From contig JAFSGC010000012.1 in NCBI GenBank assembly GCA_017434825.1, positions 3,012-67,011 on the forward strand: a stretch of 64,000 bases of DNA, written 5' to 3'. Source of the DNA: Bacilli bacterium. Lineage in GTDB: Bacteria; Bacillota_I; Bacilli_A; RF39; UBA660. Below the pieces are notes generated by a model, which was not told the DNA's origin, did not search any database, and saw only the letters and a program-made list of their open reading frames with translations. Each line of letters opens with the position of its first letter. The stretch's first letter is position 1. Of the stretch, positions 18,657-28,772 are shown piece by piece. A program made the position numbers and the translations under genes.

Positions 18657-19547
18657 TTATGGAATTAATATTTCTTTTAAACCATCTTCCATATTTATTT
18701 TTGTAGGTATAATGTATTTAGCATCTACTTTATGAGAAATTAAATTCGTTATAACTTTCATCGCTCTTGATCCATCAAACCATAATGGATTGTCACTATT
18801 CTCTCTTATTTTATCTAAAGATGTGATTAAGGCATCTCTGTCATAATTATCGCTCATTTTTCTTGTAATCATATATTTTTGATTTTCAATTTCATACAAT
18901 GTATTTTTTTGTAAACCATATCTTGCATTATTATACCAATATAAGTGATCTCCGCCAGCTAAAATTAAAACATCTGCTTTTACATTTAGACTCCCAATCA
19001 AATCATCAACATGATTATAAACTTCATCAAAAGTACATGTTGGAATATCATCCTTTAAACTACTAAATTTATTTGTAATATCAACAACGCCAAAATCATA
19101 ATACTTTTTTTCTATAACTTTTCCATTATTAACAAAGATTAGTTCAATAGAACCACCGCCACCAATGAACACGCATAAATTGCCATCATATTTTATATTA
19201 TTATAACATCCTAATGCTGTATATTTTGCTTCATCTTCTTGAGATACTACTTCAATTTGTAAATTAAATTTTTCTTTCAAATTTTTATTAATTTCGTTTA
19301 ACTCTTGCTCAGTTATATTTCGAAATATACTGCAACCATAAATATTAACATTTTCAGTATATTCTAAAGCAAATTTGATAACATCATATAATTTATCTAA
19401 ATCGGAAGATTGAATTTTATTTTCCTTTTTATAGTTTTTCTTAAATTCTATAGTCATATTATTTTCACTAATTAAATTATCATCTTCATAAATATGTGTC
19501 TTGGTATTGTTACTACCAATTTCAATTATCGCAATTTTTTTTACCAT
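18657..19547 (-). CDS. Ppx/GppA-family phosphatase
   Basis: Has the ASKHA motifs IIEIGSNNTK and FIGGGGSIEL. I placed the start at MVKKIAI, behind SD ggagg (the track ORF extends to 19559). Confidence 0.8.
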   Translation of the reverse strand: MVKKIAIIEIGSNNTKTHIYEDDNLISENNMTIEFKKNYKKENKIQSSDLDKLYDVIKFALEYTENVNIYGCSIFRNITEQELNEINKNLKEKFNLQIEVVSQEDEAKYTALGCYNNIKYDGNLCVFIGGGGSIELIFVNNGKVIEKKYYDFGVVDITNKFSSLKDDIPTCTFDEVYNHVDDLIGSLNVKADVLILAGGDHLYWYNNARYGLQKNTLYEIENQKYMITRKMSDNYDRDALITSLDKIRENSDNPLWFDGSRAMKVITNLISHKVDAKYIIPTKINMEDGLKEILIP

Positions 19548-19560
19548 ATTGTCCTCCATA

Positions 19561-19594
19561 AATTCTAAAATAATTATATCATTATTTTAGAATT
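19561..19594 (-). promoter_or_regulatory. 34-bp perfect inverted repeat (14+6+14) overlapping an extended -10, candidate operator/promoter of ppx
   Basis: aattctaaaataat-tatatc-attattttagaatt. On the minus strand, TGaTATAAT lies at its centre (19573-19581). The SD and ATG follow immediately. Confidence 0.5.
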
Positions 19595-19644
19595 TTTTAA
19601 CATACAAAAAGTCTCTTGATATTCGAGACTTACCATAAAGAAGA

Positions 19645-19677
19645 CAAAAAATCTCCACTTCTATACTGAAGTGGAGA
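19645..19677 (-). terminator. intrinsic terminator after the 185-aa gene
   Basis: Minus-strand hairpin tctccacttc-agtata-gaagtggaga followed by ttttttg. Confidence 0.75.
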
Positions 19678-19763
19678 CACCTTAACTGAACCATGGGTTC
19701 AGATTGATTACTCATGGTGCCCTAAAGGAAGAAGTAAAACAACTTCTAAAAATTCATATAGGT

Positions 19764-20321
19764 TTAAGGTTTTATATTTTTCTTACTTTTTCTAATTTTT
19801 TTTATATATTCATCTAGGTTCAAAGAACTAACACGATTAATAAATTTATCAATCATATTCTTTGGAAGTATACAATTTTGGTAAGGAACTCCTGGATAAT
19901 ATTCACTTGGATAATTTGTATAATCATCTTCAGTTATGTGATATTTTTCTGGTATATAAGTATTCAAACAATCATAAGCAAAATACAAATCCTTACAGAA
20001 TGATTCATAACTATTGTTTAATAAATATTCTGTAGTAAAACATTCCTCAAAAAACAAATAATCAGTAACCAAATGTAAGAACCAACCTAATTCAAAATCA
20101 CTTAGGGATTCATGTTCTGCTAAAAATTTATATAAATTAACTTTCCCTCGTACATGACTAACATTATCACTTCCACGATTAATATCTGTGTAATGTGATT
20201 TACCGTTATCATCTACTGTATCAGGATACAAAGTACCATCAATTACATTTTTATAATTCAAGAATGTATTTTTTTCCAAATATTTTTTAGCAATGGCTAA
20301 ATGAATCACTGGAGATGCCAT
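19764..20321 (-). CDS. hypothetical protein (possibly zinc-dependent phospholipase C-like hydrolase fold)
   Basis: 185 aa. The His-rich pattern (VIHLAIAKKY...HYTD...HLVTDYLF) is only weakly suggestive. Confidence 0.6.
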   Translation of the reverse strand: MASPVIHLAIAKKYLEKNTFLNYKNVIDGTLYPDTVDDNGKSHYTDINRGSDNVSHVRGKVNLYKFLAEHESLSDFELGWFLHLVTDYLFFEECFTTEYLLNNSYESFCKDLYFAYDCLNTYIPEKYHITEDDYTNYPSEYYPGVPYQNCILPKNMIDKFINRVSSLNLDEYIKKIRKSKKNIKP

Positions 20322-20447
20322 TTTTTACCACCTTTCTTTAAAGATAACTTAATTATTAGTAAATTGATTATGTCAATTTGCAAGTGTGTTTCTAAATTAG
20401 AAAAAAATTTAATTAATATAATATATTTTATCATAAATTTTCACATT

Positions 20448-20478
20448 ATAAAACTCGAACCACAAAAGTTCGAGTTTC
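20448..20478 (-). terminator. intrinsic terminator after tRNA-Leu
   Basis: Hairpin aaactcgaac-ttttgtg-gttcgagttt plus a T-run on the minus strand. Confidence 0.7.
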
Positions 20479-20487
20479 CTATCAATA

Positions 20488-20574
20488 TGGTGCTCGTAGT
20501 CGGACTCGAACCGACACTTCTTCGCAGAAAGCAGATTTTGAGTCTGCCGCGTCTACCAATTCCGCCATACAAGC
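20488..20574 (-). tRNA. tRNA-Leu (anticodon CAA)
   Basis: The reverse complement is GCTTGTATGGCGGAATTGGTAGACGCGGCAGACTCAAAATCTGCTTTCTGCGAAGAAGTGTCGGTTCGAGTCCGACTACGAGCACCA. It has a long variable arm, anticodon loop CUCAAAA, and an encoded CCA. Confidence 0.95.
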
Positions 20575-20610
20575 AGGTAACATTAGTATACCATAATTTT
20601 TGGAAATATG

Positions 20611-21174
20611 TTACTTAATGTTTTCAGTATATTTACTTTTGTATAATTCAACTTCACCTTCAGGCGTTTCTTGAATAGATATATCTGGCAAATCATTGAT
20701 TGAGGCTAATCCAAAATAATCTAAAAATTCCTTTGTTGTTTTATATAAATTCGGATGTCCTGGTAAATCACTTTTACCACAAACTTTTATTAAATCTTTA
20801 GCCATCAATTTTCTAATTAAAAACGATGATGCAATTCCTCTTAATTCATCAATTCTAACTCTTGTTATTGGTTGATTGTAAGCAATAATCGCTAACGTTT
20901 CTAAAGCAGCTTGGCTAAGAGTAGAATTCGGATTTGTTGTAATTAGTTTTTGATAATATTCAATATGTTCCTTTTTTGTGGTTAATTTAAATGAATCTGC
21001 TAAAAAGCTAATACGAATACCACGCGATTCTTTTTCATATTCAGTTTGCAATTCCTTTAATAACTTTCTTGCTTCATCTTCTTCGATTTCTAATATTTTG
21101 CAAATTTGATCTAGAGTAATACCTTCATCCCCTACAACAAATAGCAAACCTTCTAATACTGCTATCTTATTCAT
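20611..21174 (-). CDS. scpB: segregation and condensation protein B
   Basis: Matches the ScpB family pattern LEGLLFVVGDEGITL...AALETLAIIAYNQPITRVRIDELRG. It overlaps scpA. Confidence 0.9.
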   Translation of the reverse strand: MNKIAVLEGLLFVVGDEGITLDQICKILEIEEDEARKLLKELQTEYEKESRGIRISFLADSFKLTTKKEHIEYYQKLITTNPNSTLSQAALETLAIIAYNQPITRVRIDELRGIASSFLIRKLMAKDLIKVCGKSDLPGHPNLYKTTKEFLDYFGLASINDLPDISIQETPEGEVELYKSKYTENIK

Positions 21175-21883
21175 CCATTACCTCTATAAATATTTTACTA
21201 AAATTTTTATCTTGCGACAACAAAACCTCTTTATTCTTACTCATTTCTAAAATAGATAGTAACGTTACTACTAATTCTTCTCTACTATAATCACTAAATA
21301 AATTTGTAAATTCGACTTTTCTTTGAACCTTTAATAAATCACGAATAAAGTTTGTTTTATCTTTAATACTTAATTCTTTTCTAGCAATTTTAGTATTCGT
21401 AGGTTTCTTGTACTCAAATCTTTTTTGCATTTCTAAAAAAGCTTCAATTAAGTACTTAATATCCATCCCGGAACCTACAACAGTTTCTTCCGGAGCATAT
21501 TCCTTTAAACTTTCAGGTAGTTTAGTAAAATACCCTTGTCTTTTTGTTTCCAAAAGACGAAAATCATTACTTATATTTTGATATTTTTCAAATTCAATAA
21601 TTCTATTACGTAAATCTTCTTCAGAATTTATTTCATAAGTATCATCATTTTCTTCATCATCAAATCCCAATAGTAATTTACTTTTTAAATGAATTAACTC
21701 AGATGCCATAATTAAATATTCACTTTTACTATCTAAGTCATTACGATCTAATGAGTTTATAAATTCAATATATTCATCTATGATTATTTTTAAGTCAATT
21801 TCATAAATGTCCATTTCATGCTTTTTAACCATATGCAAAAGCAGGTCTAATGGACCTTGAAAATCATTAATATTTAAATTCAT
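21167..21883 (-). CDS. scpA: segregation and condensation protein A (kleisin)
   Basis: Has FQGPLDLLLHMVKKHEMDIYEIDL, the typical ScpA N-terminus. Confidence 0.9.
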   Translation of the reverse strand: MNLNINDFQGPLDLLLHMVKKHEMDIYEIDLKIIIDEYIEFINSLDRNDLDSKSEYLIMASELIHLKSKLLLGFDDEENDDTYEINSEEDLRNRIIEFEKYQNISNDFRLLETKRQGYFTKLPESLKEYAPEETVVGSGMDIKYLIEAFLEMQKRFEYKKPTNTKIARKELSIKDKTNFIRDLLKVQRKVEFTNLFSDYSREELVVTLLSILEMSKNKEVLLSQDKNFSKIFIEVMDE

Positions 21884-21892
21884 ATGTGCCCC

Positions 21893-22834
21893 CTAACTAC
21901 ACTCGAAAAGCACTGACTCCATTATAAAATTCACTACTCTTGGTGTTGTTTCTTTGTCAAAATAATACTCATAATCTATTTTGTCTTTTGTTTGAGAATA
22001 GTCAACTTGTAATTTATACCATAAATAGCTTGATAATTCAGACAACTTAGCATTAACGCCATTTACATCGCCATATCTTACAACCATATTATTATATTCT
22101 TCATACAAAACACTATAATTTTCACTATCTTTGTAAACAATATTCGAGTGATTTACTAAATTTAACTTATTATCAACAAATGTGTATGTCAATTCTTCTC
22201 TATCTTTTGTACATTTTAATATTGCATTACCAGCTTCATCAGTAACTAAATCAATATATGTATATTCTTCTTCAGGAATTTGCTTAATATTAAAATATAA
22301 AGCACCCTCTTTAATATTAAATGAATATTCTTTTGTTGCTTCAGAAACAAGACTACCTTTGATAGCAACACTATTTAAAATCATATTTTCTTCAGTATTA
22401 TTGTCATATGTTGAAAAATATAATTCCAATTCATCTAAATTAATATTTTTAGAACCTGAATTAGTTACATTAAATGTTAATACATTGTTAATATACGATA
22501 TTGCTGTAAATTCAAGGTCATCTACAGTTACATTTAAATCAGTACCAAATTTATAATATGTTTCTGTAGTCTCTTCATTTTCTCCAGTTTCATCTTCATT
22601 AGGATTCACAACTGTATTATTGGTAGTTCCCATTCCGCTTGGTGCCATGGCTGAAGATCCAGACATATATTCTTGATACATTTTATTAAGTTCTGGTAAA
22701 AAATAGATTATTCCAATAAATAAAGCAAACAGGAAAAGTACACCTATCCATCCATATTTATTGTCTTTAACTCGGCCAATTGTAACAGCCTCTAATGGTT
22801 TCCCATTAATGTCAACCTTTTTCTTCTTACCCAT
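21893..22834 (-). CDS. membrane-anchored hypothetical protein
   Basis: I placed the start at MGKKKK, behind SD aggtga (the track ORF extends to 22843). It has one TM helix (WIGVLFLFALFIGIIYFL) and a beta-rich exodomain. It lies downstream of scpAB. Confidence 0.65.
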   Translation of the reverse strand: MGKKKKVDINGKPLEAVTIGRVKDNKYGWIGVLFLFALFIGIIYFLPELNKMYQEYMSGSSAMAPSGMGTTNNTVVNPNEDETGENEETTETYYKFGTDLNVTVDDLEFTAISYINNVLTFNVTNSGSKNINLDELELYFSTYDNNTEENMILNSVAIKGSLVSEATKEYSFNIKEGALYFNIKQIPEEEYTYIDLVTDEAGNAILKCTKDREELTYTFVDNKLNLVNHSNIVYKDSENYSVLYEEYNNMVVRYGDVNGVNAKLSELSSYLWYKLQVDYSQTKDKIDYEYYFDKETTPRVVNFIMESVLFECS

Positions 22835-22895
22835 ATTTATCACCTAATATCATAACTAATTATACTATAAGTTGTAGGTTAAAACAAGAAAACAG

Positions 22896-22924
22896 TTGCC
22901 AAATAAAAATTTATTTGTTATAAT
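22896..22924 (+). promoter_or_regulatory. sigma-A-type promoter for tRNA-Met
   Basis: TTGCCA, a 17-nt spacer, then TATAAT, ending 12 nt before the tRNA 5' end. Confidence 0.55.
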
Positions 22925-22936
22925 CTATCTTGTATT

Positions 22937-23013
22937 GGCGCTGTAGCTCAGTTGGCTAGAGCATCCGGTTCATACCCGGCAGGTCGTGTGTTCGAATCAC
23001 ACCGGCGCTACCA
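22937..23013 (+). tRNA. tRNA-Met (elongator type, anticodon CAU)
   Basis: GGCGCTGTAGCTCAGTTGGCTAGAGCATCCGGTTCATACCCGGCAGGTCGTGTGTTCGAATCACACCGGCGCTACCA. It has the anticodon loop UUCAUAC and an encoded CCA. A lysidine-modified Ile2 identity cannot be excluded by eye. Confidence 0.88.
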
Positions 23014-23022
23014 TTTAAAATT

Positions 23023-23050
23023 AACTAGATTTAATATCTAGTTTTTTTAT
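23023..23050 (+). terminator. intrinsic terminator after tRNA-Met
   Basis: Hairpin aactagat-ttaat-atctagtt followed by a T-run. Confidence 0.75.
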
Positions 23051-23158
23051 TTTTAGAGACCATTTACATAATAGTCATAAAGTAGACAAAAACGATTATA
23101 TATGTTATAATTAACGAAGTTTAAAAGAACTTTAATTTATTCAAGAAAGAAGGAAATT

Positions 23159-24832
23159 ATGAAAACAGATTTAGGCGAGACGTCTATAATTGCTTTAGGT
23201 GGTCTTGGTGAAGTTGGTAAGAATATGTACGTAGTTACACATGATGATGAAATCATTATTATCGATGCTGGCGTACTATTTCCTGAAGACGACTTACTAG
23301 GAATCGACTATGTAATTCAAGATGTTACTTATTTAAAACAAAACGAAAACAAAATTAAAGCTTTAATTATTACCCATGGTCACGAAGACCATATCGGAGG
23401 TATACCATTCTTACTTCAAACAGTTAAGATACCTGTAATATATGCTCCGAAGATTGCTTCTGACTTAATTAATAAGAAATTAACAGAAAGAAACATTCCA
23501 TATAAAGATATCGAAATTATTGATAAAGACTTGGTGTTAAAATTTAAACATTTTGAAATAGAATTTGTTAATACAACTCACTCTATTCCAGATAGTTTTG
23601 CACTTGCTATTCACACTCCAAATGGTTTAATATTTGAAACTGGAGACTTTAAATTCGATTTAACTCCTATTGGTCCAATGGCAGACGTTCACAAAATGGC
23701 AAAACTTGGAGCTGAAGGTGTTAAATTATTATTAAGTGATTCAACAAATGCTTTATCCGAAGGTTTTTCAAAAAGTGAATCATCTGTAGACGGGACATTA
23801 AATGATATTGTTTCAAGACATCATGGTCGTGTAATCATTGCAACATTTGCATCAAACATCTTTAGAATTAAACATATCGTTGAAACATGTAAACAATATA
23901 ATCGTAAGATTGTAGTGTTTGGAAGAAGTATGGAAAACGCTATTGAGTTAGCACTTAACAATAATTTGATTAGTGATAAAACTCAATTTATTGATGCGTA
24001 TCAAGCTAAGAATTTAAAAAGAAATGAAGTTTGTATTCTTTGTACAGGTACTCAAGGAGAACCTTTAGCGGCACTTTCAAGAATCGCTAACGGAGTGCAT
24101 AAACAAATATCTCTACTTAACGACGACTTAGTAATTTTCTCATCAAGTGCTATTCCTGGAAATGCTGATAGTATTAATAAAATTATTAATAAGCTATACT
24201 TAAAAGGCGTTCGTGTATTTACAAACACTGAATTTAGTGACATTCATACATCTGGACACGCTAAAGAAGAAGAACTAAAATGGATGTTTAGATTAATGAA
24301 ACCTGAATACTTTATGCCAATGCATGGTGAATTCAGAATGTTGAAAAAACATGGTGAAATCGCCGAAAAATGCGACGTTCCTAAAGAAAATATTATTATT
24401 GCTGAAAACGGCGATGTAATTAAACTTAAGGATGGTAAAGTATACAAAGAAGGGACCGTTCCTGCGGGTGATATCTATGTTGATGGATCACGTATTGGTG
24501 ATGTTGGTTCTGTTGTTATTAAAGATCGTAAACTAATGAGTCATGATGGAATTTTAATTGCTATCTTAAATATTAACACATTAACAAGAAAATTATTAAT
24601 TAAACCTAATGTTACTGCTCGTGGATTTGTTATGGTTAATGAAAATCAAGAATTAATGAATAAGATTGAAACTAAAATTTCTCAAATAGTTTATGACTAT
24701 TTATCTAAATCAATCTATAGTTATACAGACTTAAAAAATCAAATTATATTTGAATTACTTCCATACATTAACGAATTAACCGGCAGAAGACCTATTATTC
24801 TTCCTGTTATTATGGAAGTTAACCAAGCATAA
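23159..24832 (+). CDS. rnj: ribonuclease J
   Basis: 557 aa with the metallo-beta-lactamase motif THGHEDHIGG, beta-CASP motifs, and an RNase J C-terminal domain. Confidence 0.92.
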   Translation: MKTDLGETSIIALGGLGEVGKNMYVVTHDDEIIIIDAGVLFPEDDLLGIDYVIQDVTYLKQNENKIKALIITHGHEDHIGGIPFLLQTVKIPVIYAPKIASDLINKKLTERNIPYKDIEIIDKDLVLKFKHFEIEFVNTTHSIPDSFALAIHTPNGLIFETGDFKFDLTPIGPMADVHKMAKLGAEGVKLLLSDSTNALSEGFSKSESSVDGTLNDIVSRHHGRVIIATFASNIFRIKHIVETCKQYNRKIVVFGRSMENAIELALNNNLISDKTQFIDAYQAKNLKRNEVCILCTGTQGEPLAALSRIANGVHKQISLLNDDLVIFSSSAIPGNADSINKIINKLYLKGVRVFTNTEFSDIHTSGHAKEEELKWMFRLMKPEYFMPMHGEFRMLKKHGEIAEKCDVPKENIIIAENGDVIKLKDGKVYKEGTVPAGDIYVDGSRIGDVGSVVIKDRKLMSHDGILIAILNINTLTRKLLIKPNVTARGFVMVNENQELMNKIETKISQIVYDYLSKSIYSYTDLKNQIIFELLPYINELTGRRPIILPVIMEVNQA

Positions 24833-24862
24833 AGACTTTGAAAAAAGTCTTTTTTTATTGCA
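24831..24862 (+). terminator. intrinsic terminator after rnj (hairpin shared with convergent rny)
   Basis: aaagacttt-gaaa-aaagtcttt followed by tttttatt. Confidence 0.75.
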
Positions 24863-24877
24863 TAGAAAAAGAAGAAA

Positions 24878-26431
24878 CTATTTAGCTTCTTCTTGTGCTC
24901 TTGTTTCTCTGATAACAGTAATTTTAATAGTACCAGGATATTGCATTTCTTTTTCAATTTGTTCTTTCATATCTCTAGCAATCTTATAACTTGTTGCATC
25001 ATCAATCATATCTGGTTTAACCATTACTCTTACTTCTCTACCAGCTTGCATTGCATATGTCTTTTCAACACCTTCATAAGAGTTACCAATACTTTCTAAT
25101 TGTTCTAATCTCTTAATGTAGTTTTCTAAAGAATCATTTCTAGCACCAGGCCTTGCGGCACTTAATGTATCTGCTACTTGAACTAAAACTGCAATAATTG
25201 TCTTAGGTTCAGCATCACCATGGTGAGATGCAATTGCGTCTAATACTGTTGGATTTTCGTGGTATTTCTTAGCAAAATCATATCCAAGTTCAACGTGACT
25301 TCCTTCAACTTCGAAATCAATTGCTTTACCAATATCATGAAGTAATCCCGCTCTTTTAGCAAGAGATATATTTTCTCCAAGTTCTGCAGCTAACAATCCT
25401 GCTAAATTAGCAACTTCAATCGAATGTTTTAATGCATTTTGACCATAACTTGTACGATAATTTAACTTACCTATTAAAGTCAATAATTCCGGATCAATCT
25501 TTGTTAACCCTAAATCATTCATCGTTTTATTACCAAGTTCTGTTATTTTATTGTTGATATCTTTAACAGTTTTGTCATATACTTCTTCGATTCTTGCTGG
25601 ATGAATTCTTCCATCCTTAATCAAAGTATCTAATGTAATCTTTGCAATTTCTCTACGAAGAGGATCAAATGATGAAATAACAATTGCCTCTGGTGTATCA
25701 TCAATAATTAAATCAACACCTGTAATAGATTCAATGGTACGAATATTTCTACCTTCTCTACCAATTAGTCTTCCCTTCATATCATCATTAGGTAAGTCAA
25801 TAGTACTTACAGTTTGAAGTCCAACTACATCATCAGCATATCTTTCCATTGAATTAACAATTAATTGTTTAGCCTTTTCATTAGCTTCAAGTTTAGCTTT
25901 AGACATTTCTTCACGAATGTATTCAGCAACCTCTTTACTAATTTCATTTTCTACACGGCTCATAATTTGTGCTTTAGCTTTATCTTTACTAAAGCCAGAA
26001 ATTTTTTCTAATTGCTCCATTTCTTCTTTTAATAGAGCATCCATTTTTGCCTCTTTTTCTTGGATATTTTGAGCTCTAACTAATAAATTATTTTCTTTTT
26101 CGTCTAAAGATGCATCTCTTTTTTGTAGCATCTCTTCTCTTTTATCAAGACTATTTTCACGGCTAATTAAGCGATCTTCGCTTTGTTTAAGTTCTGCTTT
26201 TTTCTCTTTAATTTCAGCATCTGTTTGTTGTTTTAATTTAAAAGATTCTTCTTTAAGTTCTAAAAGCGAATCTCTTTTTTGTTTGTCTGCCTCTTTTTTA
26301 GCATCTTCAATAAGTTTATTAGCTTTACTAATGCGACGTTTATTAATTATAGTAAAAATTACAGCTACTACAATCGCACCTAGTATTAATCCAATAACAA
26401 GAGTTAAAATGGAATTCTTTGTAAAATCCAT
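24878..26431 (-). CDS. rny: ribonuclease Y
   Basis: Has an N-terminal TM helix, a long coiled coil, a KH domain (LIGREGRNIRTIE) and an HD domain (LLHDIGKA). Confidence 0.95.
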   Translation of the reverse strand: MDFTKNSILTLVIGLILGAIVVAVIFTIINKRRISKANKLIEDAKKEADKQKRDSLLELKEESFKLKQQTDAEIKEKKAELKQSEDRLISRENSLDKREEMLQKRDASLDEKENNLLVRAQNIQEKEAKMDALLKEEMEQLEKISGFSKDKAKAQIMSRVENEISKEVAEYIREEMSKAKLEANEKAKQLIVNSMERYADDVVGLQTVSTIDLPNDDMKGRLIGREGRNIRTIESITGVDLIIDDTPEAIVISSFDPLRREIAKITLDTLIKDGRIHPARIEEVYDKTVKDINNKITELGNKTMNDLGLTKIDPELLTLIGKLNYRTSYGQNALKHSIEVANLAGLLAAELGENISLAKRAGLLHDIGKAIDFEVEGSHVELGYDFAKKYHENPTVLDAIASHHGDAEPKTIIAVLVQVADTLSAARPGARNDSLENYIKRLEQLESIGNSYEGVEKTYAMQAGREVRVMVKPDMIDDATSYKIARDMKEQIEKEMQYPGTIKITVIRETRAQEEAK

Positions 26432-26532
26432 TTTTCCTCACTTTCTTTTATTTAGTAATTTGCATCATTGCAAACTCCCATAATTTAATTATATAGGTTT
26501 TTGGCCTGATTATCAAGAATAAAAAAAAGAGA

Positions 26533-27489
26533 TTATAATGTTAATAATCTCTTAAACTCTTCTTGTCTTCCTAAAAAAATTGCCATTAAATGTTTTTTAA
26601 CATTTGGATCCATACATATTCTACCATTTGTATGATCAAACATTTCTATAACTTTTCTATATTCATCATCATATGCAAGTCTTTCCATTAATGGTTTTGC
26701 ATATTCAGGATATTCAATATAAAGTTGAAGCATTCTTGGATCTACACCAATTCCAACATACCCTTCATCATCTAGAGAATACGGACAAGCAGCTTCCCAA
26801 TCTAATGAAGAATCATCTAATATATATCCGCTCGGAGTTTTAACAATCCCTAAACTTTTCTCACAATCGAAGAATGTAGCAGGTCTAATTCTTTTAACTT
26901 TACGACCATGTAATCCCCAATATCTTGGATTATTAACACTTCCATCTGCTAAAATTTCATAACACATATTCTTAGGATTTCCATCAATTTGTTTTGTATG
27001 GAAATCAAAAATGTATTTATTTATTGTACCCTGAATAGTTTCCTCTACTCCATCAACAGTAGCAAATTCATGTGATATAAAATCTAATAATGAATGCATA
27101 CAATATGGACCATAAGCCGGATAGTTAGATATTCTTGGATTAAGTAAGTCACTCACTAATAAATAATTATATTTAGGATCTTGATAATTCGGAGATATTA
27201 AACCTAATTTATTAGGTCCTTTTTTACCTCCAACTTCTCTTTCACTAATGTATGCAAGGGAATATTGGGCCATATCAAATCCTAATAATTTACCATATTC
27301 TTCGCAAAACATTTCAGTAAACATTCTAGTTTCTTCACGTTCTTTAAAATAACATAATTGTCCTTTGATAATAAACCAACTAGATTTTTCTTTTAAATGT
27401 TCAGGTTCAATTTTAACCATTGTTTTTAAATCTTCAAACGGAACTCGTTCTAGTTCATAGTGTGGAATCACACTTTCATTAAATTTCAT
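26533..27489 (-). CDS. hypothetical protein (weak HipA-C/kinase-like impression)
   Basis: 318 aa. The FDFHTKQIDGNPKNMCYEI region is vaguely like the D-x-H-x-x-N loop of HipA-type kinases. Not secure. Confidence 0.6.
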   Translation of the reverse strand: MKFNESVIPHYELERVPFEDLKTMVKIEPEHLKEKSSWFIIKGQLCYFKEREETRMFTEMFCEEYGKLLGFDMAQYSLAYISEREVGGKKGPNKLGLISPNYQDPKYNYLLVSDLLNPRISNYPAYGPYCMHSLLDFISHEFATVDGVEETIQGTINKYIFDFHTKQIDGNPKNMCYEILADGSVNNPRYWGLHGRKVKRIRPATFFDCEKSLGIVKTPSGYILDDSSLDWEAACPYSLDDEGYVGIGVDPRMLQLYIEYPEYAKPLMERLAYDDEYRKVIEMFDHTNGRICMDPNVKKHLMAIFLGRQEEFKRLLTL

Positions 27490-27550
27490 ACAAAAACCCC
27501 CTTTTGTAATTGGGAGTTATTATAATACAAAACTTAAAATAATGCAAATA

Positions 27551-28207
27551 TTATATTACATATAAGAATATTGCAAAGAAAAATAAGATACTTGCAGCTA
27601 GAACAAATAAATGGAAAATAGCGTGCATATATTTATGTTTTTTACCAATTCCATAGAAAATTGCTCCAATTGTATATAAGCTTCCGGCAGCAAGCATTAA
27701 ATAAATACCTGCAATATCCACAGATGCAAGTAATGATTTAAATGAAAAAATAATCATCCATCCCATTACCAAATATAATACCATTGATAATTTTTTATAC
27801 TTTTTAATATTAATTGAGTTTAATACAATACCAAGAATTGCACATCCCCAGTTGATACCAAAAATAGTCCACCCTAATGCTTTTGGTAAAGCTACTAAAG
27901 CAAATGGCGTATATGTTCCAGCGATTAGCAAGAAAATACTGCAATGATCAATTATTCTAAATATTCTTTTTGCATTGTTTATTTTAAGAGAATGATATAA
28001 AGTAGACATCGTATATAAAATAATAGAGGTACTACCATAAATAACACTACTTACTACAGCGTACGCATTATGATGTATAGCACTAAATACAACACATAAA
28101 ACTAAAGCCGCAATTGAAAGCAAACTACCAACACCATGACTAATAGCACTCATAAGTTCTTCTGCAAGTGTATATTTTGGAATCTCAACTTTGTCTTTTA
28201 ACGCCAT
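27551..28207 (-). CDS. hemolysin III / PAQR-family membrane protein
   Basis: A 7-TM protein with EELMSAISHGVG... and the C-terminal HAIFHLFVL motif typical of the HlyIII/TrhA family. Confidence 0.85.
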   Translation of the reverse strand: MALKDKVEIPKYTLAEELMSAISHGVGSLLSIAALVLCVVFSAIHHNAYAVVSSVIYGSTSIILYTMSTLYHSLKINNAKRIFRIIDHCSIFLLIAGTYTPFALVALPKALGWTIFGINWGCAILGIVLNSINIKKYKKLSMVLYLVMGWMIIFSFKSLLASVDIAGIYLMLAAGSLYTIGAIFYGIGKKHKYMHAIFHLFVLAASILFFFAIFLYVI

Positions 28208-28295
28208 AATATCGCCTCATTTCTTTTGATATTTTATCATTTTCAAGACTTAAACTCAACCAATAAAAAAAGAACTTTTTGTGAAGTTCTTTTTA

Positions 28296-28700
28296 TTATT
28301 TCATTTTCTTATTGATGTCGTTTGTGTTTCTCCAGATCATAATTAGCATTAGTGATGCTTCATAAGCCACTCTTACAACCACATTACCTAAAGTAATCAT
28401 TAATAAGAATGCTAGGAAACTACTTCCAATAAAGTTAAATGAAAATAAAGTTATAAAGATTGTTAATATAACATACGTAACTTTAAGAATATCTTCAATT
28501 AACATTTTCTTGAAATTCAAGAAATCTTTAATCCAACTTAAAAACTTATTTTCAACTTTCTTATTTGGTTTTAAAAATAAGAAATATACAACGATACCTC
28601 CGATAATAGCAAGAACAAGTGCTACTGCAGTCCAAACAACTGAACCTTGAATACTACTTCCCAAAGAACTACCGCCGTATGAATAACCGTAATCGTACAT
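28296..28700 (-). CDS. small polytopic membrane protein, hypothetical
   Basis: 134 aa with a Gly/Ser/Tyr-rich N-terminus and 3 TM helices. Confidence 0.6.
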   Translation of the reverse strand: MYDYGYSYGGSSLGSSIQGSVVWTAVALVLAIIGGIVVYFLFLKPNKKVENKFLSWIKDFLNFKKMLIEDILKVTYVILTIFITLFSFNFIGSSFLAFLLMITLGNVVVRVAYEASLMLIMIWRNTNDINKKMK

Positions 28701-28772
28701 ATTTATATTACTCCTTTCATAATAAATATATCATAATTAGTGCATTTCTAAAAGTTAAAATTTCACAAATTC

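Noticed and set aside
18509-19721. Shared short motifs flanking the ppx gene (atggtgcc at 18509 and 19714; ccacttcagta at 18558 and inverted at 19664), considered as att sites or tRNA 3'-end fragments marking a one-gene insertion
   Set aside because: The two motifs are in inconsistent relative orientation (one direct, one inverted). The 19.6-kb copy is part of an ordinary terminator hairpin. Neither region folds as a tRNA T-arm/acceptor. The match is probably coincidental.
20301-20618. 105-aa plus-strand ORF
   Set aside because: It runs antisense across tRNA-Leu(CAA) and its terminator, so it is not coding.
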